Of a stretch of DNA of 30,381 nt, positions 1 through 9,765 are shown piece by piece. Numbering within the stretch: the stretch's first letter is position 1; each line of letters starts with the position of its first letter. The translations under genes and the position numbers were made by a program. Below the pieces are notes generated by a model that ran no database searches, was not told where the DNA came from, and saw only the letters and a program-made list of their open reading frames with translations. Source of the stretch: a virus (lineage: Duplodnaviria > Caudoviricetes); IMG/VR virus record IMGVR_UViG_3300014208_000103, positions 1 through 30,381 of that record. The stretch is one strand, 5' to 3'.

Positions 1-1
1 C

Positions 2-3000
2 TCCAATAATGGTTAAATCTCTTAATCTTTTTGCTCCTTCAATCGGATCAACTCCGGCTTTTAGATTTATACCGTTTGGATTATTCCAATTATCCAACGC
101 CTTCTTGTACATATCTTCGGGGATGATTCTGAAAATATCCCCTTGTCCCTGTTTCTTCGCAGAAGATTCCGAAAACATACTTGTCTGGCTCTTCAGAGAA
201 TTTTTCTCTCCTTCAAGTTCGGCAATGCGTCTGTCAATTTTATTGATCTCGACTTTCGCCTTATTGATTTTGTCCGAAGGAATATTTTGCGCTTCACTTT
301 CAAGTTCAAATCTTCTTTTGTCATTAACTAATTGTGCAATTTCTTCGTTTACCGCTGTAAGTCTTTCGGCGTCTTTCTCTACTGATGAATAGAAATTTTT
401 ATCCTTATCAAGGTTATTCCCAAAGTCAAAACTTGTATCTCCTTTTTCGGTAAGTTTCTCGTCAACAAAACCCTTTACTTCTTCGGGAGAAAGATTAGTT
501 TTTGCTCCTCTACTGCCTTTAATTAAGGTTACATCTTTTCCGTTTTCTAAAATATGTTCTGCTGCATCTCTAACTATTTTTGCTTCGGGTAATTGTTCTT
601 GTCCGTCATCGTTCTTAATTTGCTCAATGCCTTTTTCAAGAACTTTTTGTCCGTGTCCGTCTGGTAAATCTTCGGGTGTAACAAAATTTTCTGCAAGAAT
701 TTCTTGCCTGTTCCTAACTTCGGGATCAAGTTCTTCAAATCTCTTCCCGGCTTCGGGTCTAACCTCAATCTTTGTAATATCAACCTTTGCGGGTTGTACT
801 CCAACTTTTCTTATGGGTTTGCCATCAATGGTTATTTGCCCTTGTTCAAACTTCGCATCAACTCCCTGCGCTCGTAATTCTTGAATTTTGTTTAATATCG
901 GTCTGCGCTGTTTTGTCTTTTCCGAACCTTCGGAAGAATTATAATTGTCTTTTAACTCAATTAAATCATTTTTAAGGTTTTCAACGTTAGACGGTTTCCC
1001 CTCTTTCTGCATCTTCGCAACTTCACGAACCGGCATCTTTAGGGTTTCCGCTATCTCTCTCGGCTTCTTTCCTTCGCTCAACATTCTTTCTGCTGCGGTG
1101 CGGTTGTTGTCGGGGGTTTCCTTGGTAGTGCTTGGTATCAAGGAATCCTCTCCCCCCTTCTTGGCGAGGTCGGGGTAATCGGGATGTGATGAAATTTCTC
1201 CCTCGTTGATAGCTTTTTGGACTAATTGTTGGTGATAGTTCCCCTGCTCTATCCTGAACGCTCCTTTTGCGTTGACGGCAGAAACAAGTCTGTTCTCGTT
1301 TAGAGTACCCAAACCTTCAAGCCTACTCTTAATAAACTCATCTCTACTCATCTCCCACGGTTCTTTCTTTGGGGATGATGGGGGATTATCGGGGATTAGG
1401 GGTTTTTTAACCAAATCCGGCTCGCTCTGAACCGGATTCTTTTCTGTGCCAACGCTTGGTCGGTCAGCTAATTTTTCGTGGTTAATTTTTAAAACTTTAT
1501 CATTATAAATTACTAATTCTCCGTCTTGGTATAAACCGTCATATCCGTCTTTTTTTAATTGCGCTATTGCATCTTCGCTATCTCTTTTTAAAATATCTCT
1601 TGGTAATAAATTTTTTAACCATAACCCTTCTTTCTTATATTCTGCGGCTTTCCCCCTATCTATCCCATTCTTTACAGCGTATTCGACAAAGGTATCTCTG
1701 TATTCTCCGTCCGGGGTATTTTTAACCTCAAAAATTTTTGCATTTGGCGTTAGGGAGGCTTCTATCTTGTTTTTACCATATTTCTCAATTTTGAATCCAC
1801 CCTTTTCGTTTAGATAAATTCCCCTCCCCAACCACGATTCTCCTTGTCCGCTCCCGACCTTTGACATATCAAATTTATCGAATATGGGAGAGTCCGTCTC
1901 GTGTACAAAGGTCTTTTTATGTAGTTCGGATGGCATCACCTCACTCTTACCGCTTTCAATCGGTGGCACGGCGGGAGCAAGGGGCTTTGTTGGCTCTGTG
2001 GCAATCTGTGAGGGTGTTTGTGTTTTTCCAACAATCGGTTTTTCTATCTTTGTCGTAACCTTCTCAAAAGGTGTTTGCAGTTTCTCGTCCGGTTTGCTTT
2101 TTAGAAGTTGGTCAATCAATGCTTTAATCTGCGGTTGTTCATCAATCGCAAGTTTTCCCGCTTGTTCGGGTTTGGCGATTGAATTTTCTTCGATAATAGG
2201 AGTCCTAACTGTTTCTGCATTTTTTGTTTCACTTTTTACCTCAGGTTTTAAAATGTTATCAACGGTCGATTGCTCGAATGGTTTGCCTTCTCGTCCGCCG
2301 GTCAATAAATATTTCGCTTCTTCGTTCGGAAGTCCAACGGCAAGTTTTTTAGCTGTTGCTTCGTCATTATTCTTTAACAGATAATCGAGAAGTTCTTGTC
2401 TGTTCACTTCTCCCGAAATTATTTTTTCCGGTGGAGGCGCTTGATTGGTTTTAATTTGCTCTTTGCCTTGAACGGGTTTTACTCTCCCCGCAGTTTGTTT
2501 TGGCTGTTCTGCAATCTCAGGCGCTTTCCATTTCGGTTGGATTACTTCACCTTTAACTAAAGTTGGAACGGGAATTTTATTCTCAACAAAAGATTTAATT
2601 TCTTTGTGTCCTTTCCCAAGTAAGTAAAGTCCGACTACTTCGGTCGCTAATTCGTTTAACGCTTTATCGGTTTTTTCGTCAACTACTTTTGGAAGTTTTA
2701 TCCCTAAAAGTTCAAATGCTTTATTGTAACCTTCGGAAGCAGTTTTAATCCCTTCAAAAGGCAAATTCATTGTCCGTTCTAATCCGGTTGCAATTTCGTT
2801 ACCTGGTGCGCCTAAAGTTCTGAGTGTTGCATCCGCAGCGTTCAAGGGAACGGTAAATGGTGTCATCGCTAAATGGAGTGCTGCCGACAACGCCTTCGTC
2901 CCGCCTTCCGCAATTGGTGCGATATTCATTCCGCCTGTTCTCCAATCAGAAATATTGACATCGGGTGAATTTTGTAGATTCTCTCTCAAAATTCGTCCCG

Positions 3001-3379
3001 CTTGCGCAGCTTCGTTAAACGGCGCTACGGCTGTGTTGGCAATCGCTTCGCCAATAGGTTTGAGGAATGTATCGGTTCTCGCTCTTGGGGATTCGGTAAC
3101 TTGCCCTTCGTTAATATTCTTTCCATTATTCAGAAAAGGTATTTGTTGTTTTATGTTTGCGCTCTGAATATTCGGACTTGCGAAATTGCCTTCTCTCGAA
3201 GCGGTTGCAATATCTTTAATGCCTTGCGGAGTTGGTGCGGAACTTTGTTTAACTTTATCTACCAAATAGCCATAGGAGTCTGGATACTTTTTTGCAAGTC
3301 CAGCCGCAAGAGTAGAATCATCTATCTCTTTGTATTGCGGATATTTCGTCCTAAGATTTTGTAGTTCCGGTATTGACAT
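2..3379 (-). CDS. Giant polyvalent internal-virion (ejection) protein, 3'-truncated by the window edge (>1126 aa), containing an ART-like domain and an HTH
   Basis: Translated manually; absent from the ORF track because it has no stop in the window. ATG at 3379-3377 directly follows the TAA of the upstream gene. Begins MSIPELQNLRTKYPQYKEIDDSTLAAGLAKKYPDSY and stays open to position 2. Last gene of the ejection cluster. Confidence 0.88.
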   Translation of the reverse strand, partial: MSIPELQNLRTKYPQYKEIDDSTLAAGLAKKYPDSYGYLVDKVKQSSAPTPQGIKDIATASREGNFASPNIQSANIKQQIPFLNNGKNINEGQVTESPRARTDTFLKPIGEAIANTAVAPFNEAAQAGRILRENLQNSPDVNISDWRTGGMNIAPIAEGGTKALSAALHLAMTPFTVPLNAADATLRTLGAPGNEIATGLERTMNLPFEGIKTASEGYNKAFELLGIKLPKVVDEKTDKALNELATEVVGLYLLGKGHKEIKSFVENKIPVPTLVKGEVIQPKWKAPEIAEQPKQTAGRVKPVQGKEQIKTNQAPPPEKIISGEVNRQELLDYLLKNNDEATAKKLAVGLPNEEAKYLLTGGREGKPFEQSTVDNILKPEVKSETKNAETVRTPIIEENSIAKPEQAGKLAIDEQPQIKALIDQLLKSKPDEKLQTPFEKVTTKIEKPIVGKTQTPSQIATEPTKPLAPAVPPIESGKSEVMPSELHKKTFVHETDSPIFDKFDMSKVGSGQGESWLGRGIYLNEKGGFKIEKYGKNKIEASLTPNAKIFEVKNTPDGEYRDTFVEYAVKNGIDRGKAAEYKKEGLWLKNLLPRDILKRDSEDAIAQLKKDGYDGLYQDGELVIYNDKVLKINHEKLADRPSVGTEKNPVQSEPDLVKKPLIPDNPPSSPKKEPWEMSRDEFIKSRLEGLGTLNENRLVSAVNAKGAFRIEQGNYHQQLVQKAINEGEISSHPDYPDLAKKGGEDSLIPSTTKETPDNNRTAAERMLSEGKKPREIAETLKMPVREVAKMQKEGKPSNVENLKNDLIELKDNYNSSEGSEKTKQRRPILNKIQELRAQGVDAKFEQGQITIDGKPIRKVGVQPAKVDITKIEVRPEAGKRFEELDPEVRNRQEILAENFVTPEDLPDGHGQKVLEKGIEQIKNDDGQEQLPEAKIVRDAAEHILENGKDVTLIKGSRGAKTNLSPEEVKGFVDEKLTEKGDTSFDFGNNLDKDKNFYSSVEKDAERLTAVNEEIAQLVNDKRRFELESEAQNIPSDKINKAKVEINKIDRRIAELEGEKNSLKSQTSMFSESSAKKQGQGDIFRIIPEDMYKKALDNWNNPNGINLKAGVDPIEGAKRLRDLTIIG

Positions 3380-4264
3380 TTATAATATTCCTAATGGGTC
3401 TTTTTCCGATTTTGGTATTTTATCTTTTCGTTGCGCTGACTTAGTGGTCCCTCCCGATTTATCGGATTTATGTTTCCAAAAATTGACACCTTTATCTAAT
3501 TTCTCTTTTTGTACCGTTCCCATAGCGTATGCGCGCACGCTTCTGTCGTCCGGGAAATACATCGCTTTGCCGGTAGTTGGATTCTGTATTACATAGGCAT
3601 TATCCTCTTTGCTCCATGAGTCCATAATCGCATCGTAACGTTCTTGCCCTTGTCTCAATTTATCAGTTTTGGTAGTATTGTTTTTATCGGCTGTAATCGA
3701 CTCCATCGCTTTATTGTGCCGTTCTGTTTCCGTCATTCGCTCTTGGTTGGTGTTTGAACTTTCAATTGCCTTATTATGCCGGATAGTTTCATCCAACGCT
3801 TTTTGTTTTGCATCATTTTCTGTTGCTGGTTGTACGGGTTCGCTTGCATCCGCTTGTGATTTTAGCAACATAGCCATCGCGTTAATTTGTTCGGGTTTAT
3901 ACTTGCCTGTTCCGTAAGCCTGTAATAAAGTGTTGGCAATAGATTGCTTATTTTGCTGTCTTAACTGAGTCGGATCAGCCTGCGGAGGTTGTGGAACCGG
4001 TGGAGGTGTCCCACCTTGCATTTGCAATTCCCTTAATTGACTTAACGCTGTTGGTGCGGGAGGAGTAAATTTTGCAAGTCTATCGGCTGTCTCTTTCGAG
4101 TACATATCTGCATTATTCCTAATTGCGCTTGCACCTGTAGAAAGAAGTTCGTTAAAATATTGCTGATCTCTTTTTGCGTTTCTTTTATCGACATAATCCT
4201 TAAACCCTTGCGCTATGGGTCTTAAGTACCCGGCTTTCTGTAAACTTTCGGCAATTGAAGCCAT
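3380..4264 (-). CDS. Internal virion/DNA-ejection protein with two ExxRHNKAxE repeats
   Basis: 294 aa, A/Q-rich and helical, with a Pro-rich linker and ETIRHNKAIE / ETERHNKAME. AAGGAG RBS. Lies between the small ejection protein and the giant protein. Confidence 0.7.
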   Translation of the reverse strand: MASIAESLQKAGYLRPIAQGFKDYVDKRNAKRDQQYFNELLSTGASAIRNNADMYSKETADRLAKFTPPAPTALSQLRELQMQGGTPPPVPQPPQADPTQLRQQNKQSIANTLLQAYGTGKYKPEQINAMAMLLKSQADASEPVQPATENDAKQKALDETIRHNKAIESSNTNQERMTETERHNKAMESITADKNNTTKTDKLRQGQERYDAIMDSWSKEDNAYVIQNPTTGKAMYFPDDRSVRAYAMGTVQKEKLDKGVNFWKHKSDKSGGTTKSAQRKDKIPKSEKDPLGIL

Positions 4265-4327
4265 AATAACTCCTTAAGTTAAAGTATCGTATGGATTATA
4301 ATACGGAGTAGATTGTGTAGGCGCACT

Positions 4328-4921
4328 TTAACCACCGGCAAATGGAATAAAATTAGCCACCGTATTAGCCACCGCTAAAACATCATCGAACCAAGTTGTG
4401 TCACTTTGTTGTCCTGCAATCCCGGCTTGCTGACCGATATTACTGCCTTGCATTTGAAGTCTCTGTAACAAGGATTGGATGTTGTTATTCTCTTGCCCTT
4501 GAAATGCAGAGGTATTCCGAAATTGATTAGCGTTTGCCTGGTTCATCACATTCACGTCTTGACCGGCACGATTAACGGTTAAGGACTGTAAGGCTGAAAA
4601 TCTGCTCTTATTTGCCGCGTCTGCATTGTTCGCCATTGCGCTTTCTGCAATACTTCCACCGTTTATTCCTGAAGCCCTTTGGCGTTGTGCCGTCATTCTG
4701 TTCGCATCCGATAAACCGGAAGAATAAGAAGTGTTTACGTTCGACTTCCCTACGTTAAAAATCTTATCAAGATTCGCCGCCATATCGGTATAACCAAATT
4801 GGTCTTTATAACCTTCAAAGGCGTTGCCTGCATTTACGTTTGTATTTGCTAACGTGCTGCCAAAGTCTTTACTTTGCTGCATTGCACTTTTGCTTGCCTT
4901 GTCTCTATTTGATTCGCCCAT
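4328..4921 (-). CDS. Small internal virion/ejection protein (positional analogue of P22 gp7 / T7 gp14)
   Basis: 197 aa rich in N/Q/A/G/S with a hydrophobic C-terminal helix (WFDDVLAVANTVANFIPFAGG). Follows the GNAT gene. Confidence 0.65.
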   Translation of the reverse strand: MGESNRDKASKSAMQQSKDFGSTLANTNVNAGNAFEGYKDQFGYTDMAANLDKIFNVGKSNVNTSYSSGLSDANRMTAQRQRASGINGGSIAESAMANNADAANKSRFSALQSLTVNRAGQDVNVMNQANANQFRNTSAFQGQENNNIQSLLQRLQMQGSNIGQQAGIAGQQSDTTWFDDVLAVANTVANFIPFAGG

Positions 4922-4936
4922 AGTTCCACCTTTAGA

Positions 4937-5293
4937 TTAAAATTTACGTTCCATAATTATTTTTTCTGTTTCAATCGTCTCAAAACCGACCTTTGAGAAA
5001 AGTTCTTCATTCTCTTCATCGGTAACACATCTAAATTTTTTTACTCCCGTTATAAGTCCAAATCCTTCCACCATTCGATAAAGATTGTTCGCCACTAAGG
5101 GATTTCCCGAAATAAACGGTTCGATAAAAGTCTCTGTCTTTAGTCCTATTATTCCGCAAATTCCGTTTTCATCTTCAGCCACAAGCATGAAAATCCCATC
5201 AGGATAATTTATACCATGCTCTGAACAAAGTTTTTCAATTTGTCCGCGATCTTCTTCGTTTGCTACTCTGTAAATCAATTTAGTAATATCCAA
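4937..5293 (-). CDS. GNAT-fold acetyltransferase-like protein
   Basis: YRVANEEDRGQIEKL...MLVAEDENGICGIIG...ELFSKVGFE is a GNAT pattern. Typical position between nozzle and ejection genes in podophages. Confidence 0.7.
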   Translation of the reverse strand: MDITKLIYRVANEEDRGQIEKLCSEHGINYPDGIFMLVAEDENGICGIIGLKTETFIEPFISGNPLVANNLYRMVEGFGLITGVKKFRCVTDEENEELFSKVGFETIETEKIIMERKF

Positions 5294-5487
5294 CCATTTA
5301 TGTAAATGTATAGTTTGCTTGTGCTTTTAATTTTGTGCCAATCTCCGTTCTTTGGCTCCGGTGGATGAACCGTACTTTCGTTCTCCGTAACCTTTGGCGG
5401 AGAAGGCAAACCGTTGAACTCTTTAACAAAATTGTCAAGTTCTTTTTCTAAAGGCAAATTGTCCGGGAATTTGGCTATACGTTTCAT
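5275..5487 (-). CDS. Small tail-associated hypothetical protein (70 aa)
   Basis: Start reassigned to ATG 5487, which overlaps the nozzle stop (TAATG). Ends in PEPKNGDWHKIKSTSKLYIYINGW. Confidence 0.6.
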   Translation of the reverse strand: MKRIAKFPDNLPLEKELDNFVKEFNGLPSPPKVTENESTVHPPEPKNGDWHKIKSTSKLYIYINGWILLN

Positions 5488-8400
5488 TATCCGTTCGCCC
5501 ACTTCCCAATATTTAATACCGCGTATTCTAACGTAATTGATGCAAGGGAAAAACCAGCGTCCGGCGCGAGTAATGTCCCACTTACTCCTATTGCAAACCT
5601 TTTACACGATTGGGTTATTAGTAACTGCCGTCTGAAACTATTCCCCGTAAAAGTGATACTCTGATCCGCGCTTGCTGCTTCGCTGTCCGCGTTATCGTCT
5701 TTATAAATCTTTAACGCTACACTCCCTGCGGCGACATTATAAACGCTTCTTACTCCGATTGCCTTTAAGAAAAACCGTGAATTGTCTTTTACGTTTTCTC
5801 CCAAAAGTTGAACATCAAAAGGGTTAGATTTCCAATTAAAAGCTATCCCTACATTCGCATCCGTGTGCAAAGTATCTGCGCCGTCTTTGTAAACTATCCC
5901 GGCCCCCGCGTTGGTTGTTGCGTTATATACTCCGGTTTTTACAAAATAAACCGTCCCGGATTTTGACAAAGCATATTTTGAAGGGATAGAATCTCTTTTG
6001 TTCTCAATCCATCCCTTTTTAGTGAAAAGGTATTCTCTCTCACTCCCACCAACTGAACCATTGTAAAATCTGTAAGCATTGTCGCGCTCTTCTCTTGTCG
6101 CTACAAGTCCCGACTTATCTGAAATTCCTCGATAAGTTGTCCTGATAGTCCCATCAGTAATATCGATTACCTCAACGCCGTTTGATAAGTGAATGTCATT
6201 TTCTCCGCACCAAATAATTCTGTCGCCATAATTAACAATCGTTGCACGATTAATGCAACCTCTCCCAAGCTCTACGCTTCTTGTTGCTCCAGTATCACCA
6301 TCAAGTATTTGCGTACTGTTTCTTCGCAAGACAAAAAAATCCATGTTTGGTAGCACTTCTAATCCTACAACATCATTGCCGTCAAAATTTTCAAGATCAT
6401 AATAATTCGCCGGGAGAATAACCGCGTACATCGGCGCACCTGAACCAGAGAAGGGAGAAAAGAAAACCTTGTTCAAATATCTTTTATCAAAGTAAGGATT
6501 AACCAAAAGTGTTTTCCCTGCCGAGATTATTACATTGTCCCAACTCTTAGCATATAGTCCGGTTGAAACGTAACCTAAGTCGTCTTGTAATTCTGTTGAT
6601 ATTGCGGTATCAGATGTTATTTTTATTTCTTCCGAAATACTTAATTGGTCGAAATAAAATAGTTCGGTATAGTCAAAGTAAGTGTAAGGGAATCCATCGG
6701 GTGATAAAAACAAATAAAGATAATAACTACTTGCTTCGCCATCTACCGTAACGTTAAAGGTATATTGAGTAACGGTACTTGTTATCGCTCCTACGGCTCC
6801 AAACGTATAACTTTTGGCATTAAAACTGCTATCCCCAAAATATACCTGAAAATTATAACCCGAAGCCTTGCTACTATTTAGCCAAAAACTAACAGTGTAA
6901 GTGCCTTTATGTTTAATCCCGGCTATAAGTTTTCTCAAAACAACATACCCACGGCGCAAAGTTGCGCCAGGATCAGCGCCGGTATCTAACTGGATTATGT
7001 ATTGCGAAACAGCCGTTGGCGTTGGAGCAACCCACGGCGCACCTGGCGAAGCAATAGAACTAAGAGACATCCCCCCTTGATTGTCATAGATTTCCCAACC
7101 ATCAAGAGCGTTTGCGTCTGTAGCCGTGCTTGTACCTGCAGCGTTTTCTGTTGTGGCGTGTAATTCAGTCACTTTGTTTAGTTCAAGCCTGCCCTGTGCA
7201 TTAAGATTGAACGAAGGTATTCTTGTTGATGATCTGTAGGGGATAGTGGAGAATAAATTAAAACTCCCTGTTGCTGTTTGCCGGAAGTAAAGATAAATAT
7301 TGCTTATAAATCTACTATCTGTCCCTAAAAGAATTTTTATATCATGTTTTAGGCTTGTGTTAGCTGCGGAAATACTCTGTAACCCAATATCTCCAAGGTC
7401 AAAAAGGTTGAATCCGTCTGTTTCTATAACGGCTTTAACGGCGTAATCCGAAGGTTGCGCTAAAGGCGTTGCAGTGTCCGCAACGGTTGTAAGCCCAACA
7501 ACAACCCTTGATTTCTCCGGGAAATAAGAAGTAAGGATTAACCCGTTATTTTTAGTGGCTGTTTCGAGTTCTCCCCCTGCAGTTGTAGTAAAACTCCCAA
7601 AACTACAAGAACCAATATTTAAGTAATCTTGCCTAAACCCAACGGTTAAAGAAATTCTATTAGCTTGTCCGCCGTACCCGATGACTAAATCATTCAAAAC
7701 CTTATGGGAAACTACATCAGCCGCAAGAACATTTGTTCCCATTTCGGAAAGGTATTCGTAAGGGATAAAACTTCGCATGATTAAAATTACATCATTTGCC
7801 GCCCAAGTGTGATCGAGTTTGGAGATGTAAACGCCGTTTGTGTCTGTTCCACTTGTGATTATTTGCGCGTAATCTGAACGAGTGATATTGTAAATAATCC
7901 ACCCGGCAAGTGCGTTTGAAGCGGTTGGATGAACCGCGCTTCCGGGATAAGTTTCTAATGTTGATTGAAGCACGATTTTATATTTATTTGTAGTCGCGCC
8001 AACGCTTGAAATAATTGTCGAATAAGTTTTTGTAAGGTTGTCCCATGCAACGGATAAAGCACTTCCGGTATGCGAAGCAAAAACCAACGGCATTTTTATT
8101 TCGCTTAAAAGATAAATAACAACGTTAGTAAGTTTGAAAGTGTTGCTTGTTCCCGCGCCAAACGCGCGGAAATTTATTCCCTCTTCTTCGGCTGAGCAAG
8201 TAAAATCAACACAATGGTTCCCGTTTGTAGTCCAATTCATTGTGCTTGTCGCAATATTCCCGTCATAGTTTAAAGGGCTGGTTAAATAAATCTGGACACC
8301 TCCGGCTGATCTATCTGCAATGTTAAAGGTAAGTCTATATTTCTGTCCTGCAGTTAAAGGAGCAGTGGCTGTTGCCAAAATTGAACCATTTGGCACGTTG

Positions 8401-8795
8401 GTAAAATCCGCATAACCGCTTGGGAAAGTTATTGTTGGATCTGAAACGTCCCAATTTGCGGGGGGATTAATATCGAAATTACCATCAACAACCAAATTAC
8501 TCCCCGAAAGAAGTGCCAAACTTCCTTTTGCTACTTCTACCGTAACTTCTGTTAAAGGAGAAGGCACAACGAAATTTTCTACATCCAAATAATCAATCGC
8601 TGTGAAATATCCTCTTGCTACCGCTGTATCTTCCGGCCTCCCGTATAGTTGAGCGTAACCATTCCTTACCTCTAAATCTCCTTTCTTGCCTCTCACGTCA
8701 AGGTTTAGAAGTATTTGGGCTGCGCTCTTGTCCGGTAAACGGTTTGAAGATTGCAACCCGGAAAAGTTACTGATTTCAATTTCTTTAAAGGACAT
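5487..8795 (-). CDS. Tail nozzle / tubular protein B-like protein with inserted CBM-like jelly-roll domains
   Basis: 1102 aa. N-terminus IEISNFSGLQSS...LLNLDVRGKKGDLEVRNGY and C-terminal beta-propeller-like segment (GRGCINRATIV...IIWCGENDIHLSNG) match podophage nozzle/stabilisation proteins. Confidence 0.7.
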   Translation of the reverse strand: MSFKEIEISNFSGLQSSNRLPDKSAAQILLNLDVRGKKGDLEVRNGYAQLYGRPEDTAVARGYFTAIDYLDVENFVVPSPLTEVTVEVAKGSLALLSGSNLVVDGNFDINPPANWDVSDPTITFPSGYADFTNVPNGSILATATAPLTAGQKYRLTFNIADRSAGGVQIYLTSPLNYDGNIATSTMNWTTNGNHCVDFTCSAEEEGINFRAFGAGTSNTFKLTNVVIYLLSEIKMPLVFASHTGSALSVAWDNLTKTYSTIISSVGATTNKYKIVLQSTLETYPGSAVHPTASNALAGWIIYNITRSDYAQIITSGTDTNGVYISKLDHTWAANDVILIMRSFIPYEYLSEMGTNVLAADVVSHKVLNDLVIGYGGQANRISLTVGFRQDYLNIGSCSFGSFTTTAGGELETATKNNGLILTSYFPEKSRVVVGLTTVADTATPLAQPSDYAVKAVIETDGFNLFDLGDIGLQSISAANTSLKHDIKILLGTDSRFISNIYLYFRQTATGSFNLFSTIPYRSSTRIPSFNLNAQGRLELNKVTELHATTENAAGTSTATDANALDGWEIYDNQGGMSLSSIASPGAPWVAPTPTAVSQYIIQLDTGADPGATLRRGYVVLRKLIAGIKHKGTYTVSFWLNSSKASGYNFQVYFGDSSFNAKSYTFGAVGAITSTVTQYTFNVTVDGEASSYYLYLFLSPDGFPYTYFDYTELFYFDQLSISEEIKITSDTAISTELQDDLGYVSTGLYAKSWDNVIISAGKTLLVNPYFDKRYLNKVFFSPFSGSGAPMYAVILPANYYDLENFDGNDVVGLEVLPNMDFFVLRRNSTQILDGDTGATRSVELGRGCINRATIVNYGDRIIWCGENDIHLSNGVEVIDITDGTIRTTYRGISDKSGLVATREERDNAYRFYNGSVGGSEREYLFTKKGWIENKRDSIPSKYALSKSGTVYFVKTGVYNATTNAGAGIVYKDGADTLHTDANVGIAFNWKSNPFDVQLLGENVKDNSRFFLKAIGVRSVYNVAAGSVALKIYKDDNADSEAASADQSITFTGNSFRRQLLITQSCKRFAIGVSGTLLAPDAGFSLASITLEYAVLNIGKWANG

Positions 8796-9740
8796 TTATT
8801 TTTTGGCTCTGTCTTTAATTGCTGCGCTTTCTTCTTTGTTGGAAGCTCTAATATCGGCTGTTTTTGCCGCGATCATAGCGGTTAAACTGTCGGGAGCTTG
8901 TTTCTGCAACTGTTCATAAAGCAAGTTCTTCACTATCGCAAAAAGCAAAGGAATAAATTTATCTCTTACATCAATGTAAGTAGTTAATGGATCACTCGTC
9001 CCCAATAAGGTCGGTTGTTCGTAATAGTGCATCGTTAAAGTACCATAAGCACTAACGGAAGTCCCTTTATAAAAAGAAACAGTTTCGCCATTTTGGGTGT
9101 ACCAAATAGTAGCTTGTTTCATAGAGTTCCCAGGCAAAGAAGCGGAGAAATAAGCAATCCCTTCAATATCTGAATCTCCAGAGGGTACGACTAATCCGTT
9201 TACAGAATCTACTATTTTGATAATTTTATCAAGGTTAATCGTTGAAATATCACAATCAAGTTTGTTCGTTGTGTAAGCGGTTAATGGTAAAACTCCATAA
9301 GAAACATCAAGCGTGCCGGAACTTGTCCTATCTTCACCAAAACTATCCGCTACTACAAATGCGTTTGCATTTGTGATCGAGACAATTTTTGTAAGCAAAT
9401 AATCTATCGTTACAGTAGTTAAATCTGTTACCGAAGCTATAAGCCTTTTGCCAACATCCGAAGAAGTTAAACCGTGTGTAGTTTTCGCAAAGGTTTTTGT
9501 TGAGTGTGTAAACGAAGTACATAAAACCGGAGTTGGTGTTTTGCTGCTTTCATTCAACACTGCCGTTTTTAAGTAATCCGGTGCGGAAGCTGAATTAAGC
9601 CTTTCGCAAAGGTCTAATACGCCTAAGTTTGTATATTCGTGCAATGCGGCAGGTTGTATTTTGTCGGGAGCAATTTCTTGTAAGAAATCTCTCAATAAGT
9701 CGCCAAACTTTTGATAGGTATAAATTTTACTTTTAGCCAT
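8796..9740 (-). CDS. Head-tail adaptor/ring protein paralog 3, with a Thr/Ser-rich beta insertion
   Basis: N-terminal helices (LHEYTNLG), WYTQNGETVSFYK...LTMHYYEQP, and a C-terminal helix: the adaptor-family pattern. Confidence 0.55.
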   Translation of the reverse strand: MAKSKIYTYQKFGDLLRDFLQEIAPDKIQPAALHEYTNLGVLDLCERLNSASAPDYLKTAVLNESSKTPTPVLCTSFTHSTKTFAKTTHGLTSSDVGKRLIASVTDLTTVTIDYLLTKIVSITNANAFVVADSFGEDRTSSGTLDVSYGVLPLTAYTTNKLDCDISTINLDKIIKIVDSVNGLVVPSGDSDIEGIAYFSASLPGNSMKQATIWYTQNGETVSFYKGTSVSAYGTLTMHYYEQPTLLGTSDPLTTYIDVRDKFIPLLFAIVKNLLYEQLQKQAPDSLTAMIAAKTADIRASNKEESAAIKDRAKK

Positions 9741-9765
9741 TTTTTTTATTCCTTTATGTTAAAAA

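Noticed and set aside
9-3917. Plus-strand ORFs and the 574-804 minus ORF from the track
   Set aside because: Antisense or out-of-frame shadows of the giant ORF (2-3379) and of 3380-4264, with S/F/L-rich composition typical of shadows.
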